Program-made: the position numbers and the translations under genes
Origin: a virus
Lineage: Duplodnaviria; Caudoviricetes
DNA: 55,907 bases
Reading direction: 5' to 3' (one strand)
Virus record (IMG/VR): IMGVR_UViG_3300022752_006405
Span: 1-55,907 of that record
Shown: in pieces, positions 1-9,620 of the stretch
Layout: each line of letters begins with the position of its first letter
Position numbering within the stretch: the first letter of the stretch is position 1
Notes under the pieces: generated by a model
Databases searched by the model: none
What the model saw: the letters and a program-made list of their open reading frames with translations, nothing else
Told to the model about the DNA's origin: nothing

Positions 1-1698
1 AGCAGCGACCGACCCGGCTCCGAGCGATGCGCTGGCGATGGTCGTCCCGTCGTTCGTCTGGGAGAGGCTGTTGCAGATGTTAAACTGGGGACCCCAGTGA
101 TACTTGCTCTCACCCGAAGCATTTGGGTCTGCAGCTGGCGCAAACGCGTTGATCGCGCGTCGGAAGAAGACGGGCGGCTCCTTCGCAGCGGTGGTCGGAA
201 CGTTGAGATGCGGTGAGTCGGCAGATCCCGTGGATAGGAATCCCGATCCGGATGTGACAAGGTGATAATAGCCACGGCTCGCGACGGGAAGCGTGTTCGT
301 CGGAACGATCTTGTTAATGACATCGTCCGAGAGCTCAACGCGGATACGTCGTGAAACTTTTCCGTACAAGCCCTCCTCAACTACCTTCTGCGCGTCGGCG
401 GTCCGATCGAAATCGAAGTACGTGTTGAGGTCTCCGATCTGCTTGCCTATGAAGGCCGTGCTGTCAGGATCGAGGTTACAACCTGGGTACACCTCAACCA
501 CCTGCATCGCGTCTTCCGAATCAGACCAGTTGTAAAGAGCAACGGTGAAGGTTGCATAACCGTCCGGGATTTCTGATGGCGCGATATCTCTGACCACAAC
601 CTTGTACGACGTGTTGGAGAACTCTCCGTCACCGCGGGCGTGAATCCTAAACAGGTCGTAGCGAGTTCCACCGAAATTCTGGGAAGCGATGAACGGAGTC
701 AGCGGGTGCTGGTAGCGGTCCTCAAAGTTCTCGTAGTTTGGAACAGTCTGTGATCCTGCGTTTCTTGAGAGCGATCCTGTCATGCAGAATACGATCTCCT
801 CGATCGCAGCGCTTGTGCTCACGCGGCGGACAACACCCTCATCCGCAATTCCCGACCCTGTCGGAACAGCAAAGGAAGGTAGGATATCGTAGTGGTTGTA
901 CAGAACGTACCCGTGCTCCTGGATGAGCAATGGATCGGTGTTTAGACGCTTCGCGAAGTAGTTGTCAGATACGACATCGAAGGACGCGGTCAGGACGCTG
1001 CGGTAAGCAGATGAGTCGGTGTGACCGTTTAGCAGGAGAACGAAATCCTGCTTGCCGTCGCGAAGATCTAGTGAACCTGTAAACCAGCCTCTTGCGGGTG
1101 ACGCTGTCACGGCGGTCGATGAGTAATCACTCGAATTAACACCCGGCGCTGAGCTCGATAGGGCAATTTGAACCCCAGAGGCCGCGAGGAGAACACCACG
1201 GATGATCGGTTGAGCTGCAGGTGAGGTCTGGAGTCCAGCATCTGAAAAGACCCATGATCCTGCTGACTCTGACATATAACAGCCGAGGAAGTACGTGCGT
1301 CCTAGATCGCCAGTCTCAGTAGCGTATGGGTTGTTAGCCAGCTGACCTGTCGAAGTTGAAACTTTCTGACCTCCGACTATGAATCCCGCGTTCGTCACTC
1401 GACCGGCATTCACACCGGTGGTGTTACGCTTCTTACCGTCTCCAACTCCAAGAATCCTGACGTATGTGCCCGCAGTAGCCCTGCTGAGCCACTGTGACAG
1501 CGCGATCGTTGAGGTGTAATTTACGTTCGTACCCCCGAACTCCGACCTGAACTGGGACTCATTCGCGAATGTGATCGGAACGAAAGCAGTGCCTCGCAAG
1601 GCAGTTCCGATCACGCCCGCGGATCGTCCCGTCGGCTGGATCTCGGTTACGACTCCGGTGCTGTCTCTCTCAGGTGTTTCTATGCCTGGTGCAATCAT
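1..1698 (-). CDS. Tail sheath protein, second paralog (3' end runs off the window; not in ORF track)
   Basis: Hand-translated open frame from ATG 1698 (SD AAGGAG at 1707-1712): MIAPGIETPERD...GVIGTALRGTAFVP...TYVRILGVG...LTASFDVVSDNYFAKRLNTDP...YPGCNLDPDSTAFIGKQIGD. It is colinear with the 1172-aa sheath (GPAFVP, TFIRVLGAG, LTASLDP..YLGKVLNTDP, YTGCDLNPNSPNYIAKKIGD). Confidence 0.88.
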   Translation of the reverse strand, partial: MIAPGIETPERDSTGVVTEIQPTGRSAGVIGTALRGTAFVPITFANESQFRSEFGGTNVNYTSTIALSQWLSRATAGTYVRILGVGDGKKRNTTGVNAGRVTNAGFIVGGQKVSTSTGQLANNPYATETGDLGRTYFLGCYMSESAGSWVFSDAGLQTSPAAQPIIRGVLLAASGVQIALSSSAPGVNSSDYSSTAVTASPARGWFTGSLDLRDGKQDFVLLLNGHTDSSAYRSVLTASFDVVSDNYFAKRLNTDPLLIQEHGYVLYNHYDILPSFAVPTGSGIADEGVVRRVSTSAAIEEIVFCMTGSLSRNAGSQTVPNYENFEDRYQHPLTPFIASQNFGGTRYDLFRIHARGDGEFSNTSYKVVVRDIAPSEIPDGYATFTVALYNWSDSEDAMQVVEVYPGCNLDPDSTAFIGKQIGDLNTYFDFDRTADAQKVVEEGLYGKVSRRIRVELSDDVINKIVPTNTLPVASRGYYHLVTSGSGFLSTGSADSPHLNVPTTAAKEPPVFFRRAINAFAPAADPNASGESKYHWGPQFNICNSLSQTNDGTTIASASLGAGSVAA

Positions 1699-1723
1699 TG
1701 ATCGAACTCCTTAATCTCTCACT

Positions 1724-1730
1724 TAACTAT
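1724..1730 (-). promoter_or_regulatory. Putative late-promoter motif ATAGTTA
   Basis: Copy of the recurrent ATANTTA motif, 25 nt upstream of the sheath-2 ATG. Confidence 0.55.
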
Positions 1731-1736
1731 TGCTGA

Positions 1737-4700
1737 TCAGACGAACTCAACACCCGCGGGAGTGATGATAAAATCTACTGCGATGAATTCAACGGCGCGG
1801 GTCGGAACGACCACGATTCGACCGTTGAGTCTGCTCGCAGCGACATCAGCCTGGGTGTTATTGGTTTCATCGCAGATGATCCTGAACTGCTCAATTCCCG
1901 CCTGAGCTCTGATCAAGCTGAGAAGTGGGGTCGCTCGATCAACGAAAGCTCTTCTAGTCGTTGCATCGTTGGGCTCGAAGAGAAGTCCTCGAGCAACGCC
2001 GATGATAACGCGCTTGAGCTCCAGGAAGAGGCGTCGAACGTTAACACGATCGAACGCTGACTTTGAGGTCTGAAGTGTGCGTTGTCCGAAGATCACGAAT
2101 CCGTTTCCTGGGAATGTCGCGATCGGATTGATCAGGTTCTCGTACAGGTAGTCTCTATCCGACGTGCTGAGTCGAACCTCAACGTTTCCTACGAAGTCCA
2201 ACGCCGCGCGGTTAAAGCCCGCGGGAGCGTACCAAGGATACGAGACCCGATCACCGTAGGCCAGCGCGCCGAGCGCTGCGATCGATGCTGGTGCTTTCAC
2301 CCTGCGACCGAATGTGGAATCATTCACGAATACGTCCGGGAAGTATGCAGCGACGTAATTGTTGTTCAGGTTACGTGAGAACAGAGAGTTCGCAGTCTTA
2401 GTAACATTCGGCTTCAGCCCAGAGGAATCTTCGAAGATTCTAACATCAGAGTCGGTGTAACCAGGAATGTCAATTACGTACATTCCCAGCGCGTATGTCG
2501 AAAGACGACGTGCGATGTAATCCGTGACCAGCGGCTCACGGACGCCGGGGATCGAGATCATGTTGACGTTGACAGTGAGCTTCTCTGTCATCATCCTCGC
2601 CGCGGCGCGGTAGGAGTTGACAGCGTTGTTGCTCAGCTTCTCACCGTTTGGATCGTATCCAAGGCCAGACCTGATGACGCCCGCCGCGGTGCTCTGCGCC
2701 AAACCGCCCACCTCAGTCGAGGTTGCACGATCTCCGAGACGTGCAGCGGCTCCATCGAGAATGTTGACACCGTCGAAGCCACCGTAGAAGACGGTGGAGA
2801 ACTTAGCGTACTCTGAGAATCTGTTGAAGGTTGAAGGAGAGCTGGAGAGCAGGGACGCGAAGGTTAGACGTGGGTTGGTCGACATTGAGTCGATGATTCT
2901 GTAATCCTGCGTGTCTGGTGCACCGTTTCTGATGTACGCAGCCTCCTTCATGTGCACGTCCGATGTTCCAGTCAGGTCGCTGACCGTCTGGTTCGAGAGA
3001 GCGACACGTGAGAGCGTGAACTTGTTCGCGTTAAACACGTCGGCATCGGATCCAGTAACAAGCGCGTCAAGCTTCTGAATGCCCTGAAACCTGGAGTACG
3101 AAAGGATCAACGGATTGAACTCGGTTCCATCGTTCGAGTTCATGATGGTATCCAGCGCACGTCCGTCGGAAGTTCCAGAAGGAATGAGCTTTTCGAACTT
3201 GACTCCCCAGTAGTACCTAGAATCTGGAATCTCGAGGATACCCGGCTCTCCGATGTAAGCAGAGCCGTTAACCTCGCCCTTCGTGATCTTGAACCTGAAC
3301 GGGAGGGGTGGAACGATCGCACCGGTGAGCTGTGTGGCGACAGGACTGACACACGTCAGTCGCGGCAACTGGTCGGCACCCGCTCCGAAGATCTTACCCC
3401 CTTCTGCCAACGCGGCGTTCGTATCCGTGAGCGTCTGTGTCGTGCGGATGACCGGAAGACCCCTGAATCCGAACGGAAGGGCGCTCTTCGGTACAACCCC
3501 CGAATCGAGTGTCTGGGAGATTATTACCCTGATCCTGCGGCTTGCGTTGGGGAAACGACCGCTGATCACCAGTCGCTGCTCGGCTTCGTCCGTAGCGTCA
3601 AAGTTGAACGTTACCTTACGATCTCCGATTTTCTTCGCGATGTAATTCGGGCTGTTCGGGTTCAGGTCGCATCCGGTGTAGCTCTCGAGAACCATCGTGC
3701 TGATGTCGTTATCGTACAGATCGCGCACGAGAACGTCGAAGGTTCCGTAAGGATTGCTGGAATCCGTCGATGCCCTAACGTTCGCGATGGAGATCTTGAA
3801 AAGACTGTTGCCGGACGCACCGTCGGTGACTGTCTCGAAGTGGAAGAGATCGTGCTCGAGATTGCCGAATGGCTGCGAAATGATGGCTGGCGTGCGAGCG
3901 GTCGTGTAACGCGTATCGAAACGACCGAAGTTCCCCAGGTAGGTGGAATTGGAACCCGATGCGATGGCGATGCACTTATCGCCCGTTGTATCGAGAGGAG
4001 CGATCTCATCCTCGACGGGAAGGTCGAGGTAAAGAAGATGCTGCTCGTCCTTGAACTTCTTCGGATCCGTGTTGAGAACCTTCCCGAGATAATCCGTGGA
4101 GCTCGGGTCAAGAGAAGCCGTAAGGACGCGGAGACCCGCGTAACCGTCGGTTGTTCCGAACGATGAACCCTCGGAAGAGGAGATAACGAGCTTGAACTTC
4201 TTGTAGGTGGAAGAGGACGTGCTAAGATCAGTTGAAGCAACGTCATCGATGAATGCGCCGGTTCCTGACCACTGAGAGCTTGATCCCGTCATGTCGAGCA
4301 GCATTCCGCGAGCCCCCGTCGGGAACATCAGGACACCACGAACGATATTCAGCGTGTCCCCGAGACCCGGATTGAAGCTCGGATTATCGCTGAAGATCGG
4401 GAACCCTCTCCACTCGGACGGTGCGTCGGCAGAAGCCGGCAGCTTGTGGCGGGCGACGATGAACTGCACAGTGTTGGTCTTACGACCGTCGAAACCAGCC
4501 TCATCACCACCTGTGAAATTTGTCTTGGTGATCTCACCGGCGCCCACGTTCGTGAGTGTAACGGTCGTGTTCCCAGCTACACCAGGAACGACCTGCGTCA
4601 ACGTTAAGGCTGGACCGGCACGAACGACTGTAATTTTCGAAGATCCATGTCCATTGGCGGACGCTATAGCAGTCTTGAGCTCCTCGGCAAGAGTATGCGT

Positions 4701-5255
4701 GTCCGTTGGGCCGCCCACGTCAACGATGACGTCCGTTCCGTCTAGAGCTCCTGTGGTTCCGACCTTAAAGACGTAGGTCTTGCTGGTTCCATCAGCGCTG
4801 ATGAGCGCGACTTTCATATTTCCAGCGGTCTGAATCGCTGAAAAATCAACCATCGTTACGGTCGCTGTCGCAAAGTCGGATGTTCCGTCATTCGGAAGGC
4901 TCACGGCCTGCCCAGCGAGCTTGAAGCCCGCGTTTCTCACGATGCCCTGGGCAACCGTCGTGGACACATCACCCGCTGTCGCGTTGGCGCCAGCTCCTAG
5001 AACTCGAATGAACGTGAGGGCTCCCTTGTGCTTCAGCCACTCATTGGCAGCGTACGTTGCGGGACGATCCGGGTCGAGTCCGCCGAATCGAGCCTCAAAG
5101 TCTGCAAAAGATGCCACGGTCGTCGGCACGAACGCCGGCCCCGAGGCAGCCGCGCCGATGATTCCACCCGGGATACCGGATGGGGCCGCGCCCGGCGCTG
5201 TAAGCTCAATCTCCTGCTCGAAGAATCCAGGAGAGCGAAAGGTCTGTTCCGACAT
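1737..5255 (-). CDS. gp18: Contractile tail sheath protein (T4 gp18-like)
   Basis: N-terminal SPGFFEQEI and GPAFVP. C-terminal PWYAPAGFNR, INPIATFPG, IFGQRTLQ, DRVNVRRL, CDETNNT and PTRAVEFIAVDF are sheath hallmarks. SD AGGAG. Confidence 0.95.
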   Translation of the reverse strand: MSEQTFRSPGFFEQEIELTAPGAAPSGIPGGIIGAAASGPAFVPTTVASFADFEARFGGLDPDRPATYAANEWLKHKGALTFIRVLGAGANATAGDVSTTVAQGIVRNAGFKLAGQAVSLPNDGTSDFATATVTMVDFSAIQTAGNMKVALISADGTSKTYVFKVGTTGALDGTDVIVDVGGPTDTHTLAEELKTAIASANGHGSSKITVVRAGPALTLTQVVPGVAGNTTVTLTNVGAGEITKTNFTGGDEAGFDGRKTNTVQFIVARHKLPASADAPSEWRGFPIFSDNPSFNPGLGDTLNIVRGVLMFPTGARGMLLDMTGSSSQWSGTGAFIDDVASTDLSTSSSTYKKFKLVISSSEGSSFGTTDGYAGLRVLTASLDPSSTDYLGKVLNTDPKKFKDEQHLLYLDLPVEDEIAPLDTTGDKCIAIASGSNSTYLGNFGRFDTRYTTARTPAIISQPFGNLEHDLFHFETVTDGASGNSLFKISIANVRASTDSSNPYGTFDVLVRDLYDNDISTMVLESYTGCDLNPNSPNYIAKKIGDRKVTFNFDATDEAEQRLVISGRFPNASRRIRVIISQTLDSGVVPKSALPFGFRGLPVIRTTQTLTDTNAALAEGGKIFGAGADQLPRLTCVSPVATQLTGAIVPPLPFRFKITKGEVNGSAYIGEPGILEIPDSRYYWGVKFEKLIPSGTSDGRALDTIMNSNDGTEFNPLILSYSRFQGIQKLDALVTGSDADVFNANKFTLSRVALSNQTVSDLTGTSDVHMKEAAYIRNGAPDTQDYRIIDSMSTNPRLTFASLLSSSPSTFNRFSEYAKFSTVFYGGFDGVNILDGAAARLGDRATSTEVGGLAQSTAAGVIRSGLGYDPNGEKLSNNAVNSYRAAARMMTEKLTVNVNMISIPGVREPLVTDYIARRLSTYALGMYVIDIPGYTDSDVRIFEDSSGLKPNVTKTANSLFSRNLNNNYVAAYFPDVFVNDSTFGRRVKAPASIAALGALAYGDRVSYPWYAPAGFNRAALDFVGNVEVRLSTSDRDYLYENLINPIATFPGNGFVIFGQRTLQTSKSAFDRVNVRRLFLELKRVIIGVARGLLFEPNDATTRRAFVDRATPLLSLIRAQAGIEQFRIICDETNNTQADVAASRLNGRIVVVPTRAVEFIAVDFIITPAGVEFV

Positions 5256-5289
5256 CAGTTGCTCCTAATCTAATGGGATAATCAGATGT

Positions 5290-5296
5290 TAAGTAT
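5290..5296 (-). promoter_or_regulatory. Putative late-promoter motif ATACTTA
   Basis: Intergenic ATANTTA copy 34 nt upstream of the sheath-1 ATG. Confidence 0.55.
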
Positions 5297-5320
5297 CACG
5301 TAGCGGGTGAAACTTCGACA

Positions 5321-6586
5321 TCATTTTAGATCCTTGTCGGTCTTAAATGTTTTCACCACGGTCGTGAACACTTCCTCTCCGTGGGCGCTGGATATGCGAC
5401 GTGCCTTCACGGTTACATCCATGGGTTTGCCTGTGATGGGATCCTCCTTGAGGTCCCTGGCGATGCTGGGTGTCACGAGTGATGTGGATTCCGTACCTCC
5501 TACGGCTGTCGTTAGAGGTTGATGGAATGAAGTTCCTTGGCGCTGCGATCCTGCCGCCGTCCGCTCCGATTGGGATGTGGATGACGTCCCGATGGCTCCA
5601 ACAGAATCATTATCGTCCACCGTCGCGACTGAGTCAAGAATCCTAGAGTCTATCCTCATATCCGTGACGTTACCAGTTGCTTCGGGCTTCGGCACGCCAT
5701 CAACAATACCAAATGAGAATTGGGTCGCTGAGAGAGTCCTACGGAGGCCGTTTGGAATCCCTGGGGCATCCGGAAGAACTATGAATGCAGGAACGGTGAC
5801 GGTCATCGAGTGCTTGATCGCCCTCTCGTCATCGGACATATTGTCGAATGTCGTGTCCGATGATATATCGGGTTCGAATGTCGCGTTGAACCAGTATCCG
5901 CTTGATGTCTCAATTCGATAAGATCTCGCGCGAACGTTATGATATCCACTCATGATCGTCGTCAGCAGGTTGTTGCTGTGCTGCATGAACTGGGTCCACA
6001 ACGTGATCTCATACTTCGCAGTGAAGAACTTCGGGACGGGTATTGATATCGTCTCGTAAATTCCAACTCCTAGATTAGGTTCCAGCTCCCGACCACCTGT
6101 CCTGCGCCCTGAGCTGATCTGCGGATCACGTCGTGTTCCCGTTCCCGGAGCGCTTGCATTCTTAAAATTTGTGGAGTTGACGAGACGCTGGTAGACGGCG
6201 TCGTCCTTGGAGATCCTTCTCTTTATATCAATCGTGCCGATGTCACCCATCTCGATGGACTTCGAAGCTTGCTGCTCGATACCTGTCCTCGAGATCGTGA
6301 CAAGCGGCAGGATCAGCGCTCCGTTCTTATCGCGGAGTGGTTCCTTTCTTCTGGTGATCGCGAATCGCTCACCTGTCGCGAAGATGACAGGAACCCGCTT
6401 AGTGCTTCCGTCCTTTGTTTCATAAATGAGCGGAAGATCCCGGTTGAAAAGCTCAAAGAGAGCACGATCGACGTCCTCAAGACCACAGCTAGGAACCTTG
6501 TAATCATCAGGAACATTGCTACCCTCGTACCCCAATTGTATGGCGTCACGCCCGTATCGTTTGCCTACCGAGTATCTTGTGCTCAT
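5321..6586 (-). CDS. Tail terminator / sheath-stabiliser-like protein (T4 gp15-like)
   Basis: VPVIFATGERF, LPLVTISRTGIE and PVPKFFTAKYEITLWT resemble the gp15-like pattern. Position between neck genes and sheath matches T4 order 13-14-15-(18). Confidence 0.65.
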   Translation of the reverse strand: MSTRYSVGKRYGRDAIQLGYEGSNVPDDYKVPSCGLEDVDRALFELFNRDLPLIYETKDGSTKRVPVIFATGERFAITRRKEPLRDKNGALILPLVTISRTGIEQQASKSIEMGDIGTIDIKRRISKDDAVYQRLVNSTNFKNASAPGTGTRRDPQISSGRRTGGRELEPNLGVGIYETISIPVPKFFTAKYEITLWTQFMQHSNNLLTTIMSGYHNVRARSYRIETSSGYWFNATFEPDISSDTTFDNMSDDERAIKHSMTVTVPAFIVLPDAPGIPNGLRRTLSATQFSFGIVDGVPKPEATGNVTDMRIDSRILDSVATVDDNDSVGAIGTSSTSQSERTAAGSQRQGTSFHQPLTTAVGGTESTSLVTPSIARDLKEDPITGKPMDVTVKARRISSAHGEEVFTTVVKTFKTDKDLK

Positions 6587-7236
6587 TTATCACCGTAGAA
6601 CGATGAACTTATACCATCAGGTGAAACCTTGTTAGGACCTGTGAGAGGAGCGTCCAGCTTTCCATCCGCCTGCAGCTCGCGGCGATCCGCGGTCTGACCA
6701 AGCTCGTTGGTGGATGCGCCGCGCTGCTGCACGAATGTATCTTGCACCACGCGCTCCGTCTCGAGTGTCTGGGCAGCAGGGCCCTGGACCATCCGATCGA
6801 TGAGACCTTCCCGTGCCTGCTTGCCTGCCAGCTTGTATCCAGTGATATGCTCAACCTGTCCGAAGATCTTACTGATCGTGACGACCTGCGTTATCTCAAA
6901 GAATACTGAGCCATATGAGAAGAAGTCTCCCATCTTCAAATGTAGACCCTTGTCAATGAGATCCTGCGCGTGCACTCGAGCCTCGATCGAATGAAATTTC
7001 TCGCTGCTGAATTTGTTCGTTTTGATCTCACCCGCTGACCATTCAACAAGAGCGTCGACCTCCAGCGGCGGGTCGAATACCTTCTCGACAGACTCCTCGT
7101 AAACGTCATGGACTTGAGTGACATCAGTTCGTACAGCGTAATAGTAGATCTTCTGCCCGATCACGTCCTTGATGACCTCTTTGGTAAGATCACTGATCAG
7201 GTCAAGCTCTCTGGGAGTTATGAAAAGACGAGCCAT
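6583..7236 (-). CDS. Neck / head-closure protein (T4 gp14-like)
   Basis: GQKIYYY...VYEES..KVF and GDFFSYGSVFFEI pattern; synteny; ATGA overlap with the next gene. Confidence 0.65.
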   Translation of the reverse strand: MARLFITPRELDLISDLTKEVIKDVIGQKIYYYAVRTDVTQVHDVYEESVEKVFDPPLEVDALVEWSAGEIKTNKFSSEKFHSIEARVHAQDLIDKGLHLKMGDFFSYGSVFFEITQVVTISKIFGQVEHITGYKLAGKQAREGLIDRMVQGPAAQTLETERVVQDTFVQQRGASTNELGQTADRRELQADGKLDAPLTGPNKVSPDGISSSFYGDK

Positions 7237-7240
7237 TACA

Positions 7241-8413
7241 TCACCCTATCGTGATCACGCGTCCCATTGGGACCGGGATCGACTTCAGGATCTTCTGAAC
7301 GTTATCAATTTCCGTCGCCTTCGTCTCGATCAGCTTGTTGTAGGTCATCGAATCGAGCATTTCTTTCAGATCGGTTCGAAGTTTATCCTTCTCTTCCTTG
7401 GCAGCTGACTTGAGATCTCCTCCATCCAACTGTAGGTCACCGCCCGGAATTGGAACTGAGTTGAACTTCGATCTTATCATTCCAAGCAGCTCCTTGGAGA
7501 GAGCCAAAGTATACTGCCTGACCCACTGCCGGGCGAGGGAATTAACTTTCGAGTATATGAAATTGCCATAGGGAACGTTGGAAAGATTGGAGACACCACC
7601 GATCGAATTGTCGGTAAAAGCTGGATTCAACGGGTTCGATTCGAAACCGACCCGTATCCACAGCTTTAAAGGATTCTCTGCCGTGGGGGTCGGAAAGATC
7701 CTAAGTTTGGTTCCGGTCACACGATAGCTGTAATTCGAGCGACGGACGCGATTCGAGATGTTCATCTGCCCGCCGCGGAGAATATCCTCGAACACCGGTA
7801 GGACATAAAAGACGGTCTCAGGCGTGAATGATTCGAACGAGAACTCGTTGTTGAGGTAGTTGATTGCCGATGTCGTATCGAAGAATCGATAGGCCGCCGA
7901 TGGGTTAAAGTGCATGATCTCGAACACCCTCATCTTCCTGTGCTCAGGATTGAGGGACGAGCTCACGACGGGGGTTCCTGTCGATGGATCGAGCAGCTCA
8001 GAGTAGAGATCGTAGTCCTGCACGTTCTGTCGAAGTTGTATCGAACCTGACACGGAATTGTAAGTGCCTCCCAATCCAGCTTCGACAGCGTATGGTTCCG
8101 CGAGTCTTATGATGTAGTTGAGGGTATCACGTGGTAGCTTCTGGGTTGCCTCATTCAAGCTGCCAGTCTGCATGCCAAGAAGAGAGAGAAGCTGACTTCT
8201 CGCCTGGTACTGGTTGACGATGGATCCATACTCGAGGAATGCCTCCTCAAAGCATGCCCAGATCTGCTTTTTTGTTAATTCCACAGAGAGGACGTCATCT
8301 CCCAACTTGCGCTTCACGAATGTGATCATGGCGTCCGCCTCTGTCTGGAACTCAGAGTCAGAGTCAAAAAAGCCGAACGGCGTTGGGTTTAACGTGGTCA
8401 TGAAAGTTGACAC
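7241..8413 (-). CDS. Neck / head-tail adaptor protein (T4 gp13-like)
   Basis: RKLGDDVLSVELT..Q and WVRQYTLALSKELLG.IRSKF..VPIPGGDLQLDG match gp13-like motifs. GTG start with AGGAGG. Confidence 0.8.
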   Translation of the reverse strand: MSTFMTTLNPTPFGFFDSDSEFQTEADAMITFVKRKLGDDVLSVELTKKQIWACFEEAFLEYGSIVNQYQARSQLLSLLGMQTGSLNEATQKLPRDTLNYIIRLAEPYAVEAGLGGTYNSVSGSIQLRQNVQDYDLYSELLDPSTGTPVVSSSLNPEHRKMRVFEIMHFNPSAAYRFFDTTSAINYLNNEFSFESFTPETVFYVLPVFEDILRGGQMNISNRVRRSNYSYRVTGTKLRIFPTPTAENPLKLWIRVGFESNPLNPAFTDNSIGGVSNLSNVPYGNFIYSKVNSLARQWVRQYTLALSKELLGMIRSKFNSVPIPGGDLQLDGGDLKSAAKEEKDKLRTDLKEMLDSMTYNKLIETKATEIDNVQKILKSIPVPMGRVITIG

Positions 8414-8448
8414 GGCCGACCTCCTAATCTAAATAGGAGGTCGGCCGT
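8412..8448 (-). promoter_or_regulatory. 15-bp perfect hairpin sequestering the SD and GTG start of the neck gene, overlapping a promoter-motif variant CTATTTA (8430-8436)
   Basis: Minus strand reads ACGGCCGACCTCCTA-TTTAGAT-TAGGAGGTCGGCCGT-G. The arms are 8448-8434 and 8426-8412. Confidence 0.75.
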
Positions 8449-8474
8449 TGTTTGCCGAGCTAGCTGATCAAGAT

Positions 8475-9620
8475 TTACAGCAGGACCCGCGCGCGATTCT
8501 CCGGTGTGACATTCTCTGATAGAAGCTTGCGAGCGTACGATATCGTGCACACCTCAAGCGCGAGCCTGTCTAGGGCGGCTCGTGCCACAGACTCGGGCAT
8601 CGCCTGCCCGGCTGCCTTAACCGCGCCGCCTGCGGCTATGAGACCGTCACCGACTGCAATAACGGCAGCCTTAATCGCAGCGCCCAGCGCCCGTATTCCA
8701 GCGAGCCCAAGCCCAAGGAGGCTCGTGATCACTGCGCCGATGAGACCCGCGACGGCTGCAATTGCTCCTCCTATAGCCGCGAGAACCGCTCCGACACCAG
8801 CAACGACGGCGCGAAGCATGTTACCGACGCTCGCGAATCCTGCTTGGATCGTTGCACCGGCAGCAGAGAAAGCATTCGTGAATGCAGCTTCAATAGCCGT
8901 AGCGAACGCACGATAGCTGCACTTATTCGGACCTTGCACGAAACCTGCTTTTGCGGCGCGGATTCCCTGCGCGAGTGTCCCAATATAGGTAAGACACGCT
9001 CCGATGAGCTCATTCGCGCCTCCAACAGCTGCATCCGCGAGACCAGCAAAGAATCCGCCGCCCTCTCCCATCGTTGCAGCTCTCTGACCTGCGGCGATGA
9101 TGTCGGCGGGCTGCACTGGAAGCGCATCCTGGATCATCAGATCTACGTAAAAAGCAGCCGCCGTCGTGTTCCTCACGACGCTTCCAAGCTTCTGCTTGAG
9201 ACCTGCACTCATCGATGCGAGATTACATCCAGGAAGCGTGCCTGCACCGCCACCGGCCGCTGCTCCACCACCACCACCACCACCGCCAGAAGTTGGAATC
9301 AGATTTCCTGACTTCGGGATAATTCTTCCGATCGACGACTCGACGGGGCCCGATATGACCTTAATCTTACCGCCGCCGACGTCCTCATATGTGAATGGAT
9401 CACCGAATCCAGTTCTGTAAGCACCGGGCCCGCGGTTCGCGTCGTCAAGCACGAAATAAGGATCATCCTTGTAACGTGCTGTGTAGTTTGCCTGTACGCC
9501 CTTCTCCTTCAACCAGTCGGATGTTTTCTTCCCGGTATTCACAGCAGCCTCGGTGAGGCGTGACGAACGACGAAGCTCCTCATTCACGATCGCGCGGAGC
9601 TGTCTCTCTGAAATTCTCAT
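8475..9620 (-). CDS. Probable nested in-frame product (381 aa), candidate internal head / ejection protein
   Basis: In-frame ATG 9620 (MRISERQLRAIVNEE) with SD AAGGAG at 9629-9634 and motif ATAATTA at 9640-9646. Confidence 0.6.
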   Translation of the reverse strand: MRISERQLRAIVNEELRRSSRLTEAAVNTGKKTSDWLKEKGVQANYTARYKDDPYFVLDDANRGPGAYRTGFGDPFTYEDVGGGKIKVISGPVESSIGRIIPKSGNLIPTSGGGGGGGGAAAGGGAGTLPGCNLASMSAGLKQKLGSVVRNTTAAAFYVDLMIQDALPVQPADIIAAGQRAATMGEGGGFFAGLADAAVGGANELIGACLTYIGTLAQGIRAAKAGFVQGPNKCSYRAFATAIEAAFTNAFSAAGATIQAGFASVGNMLRAVVAGVGAVLAAIGGAIAAVAGLIGAVITSLLGLGLAGIRALGAAIKAAVIAVGDGLIAAGGAVKAAGQAMPESVARAALDRLALEVCTISYARKLLSENVTPENRARVLL

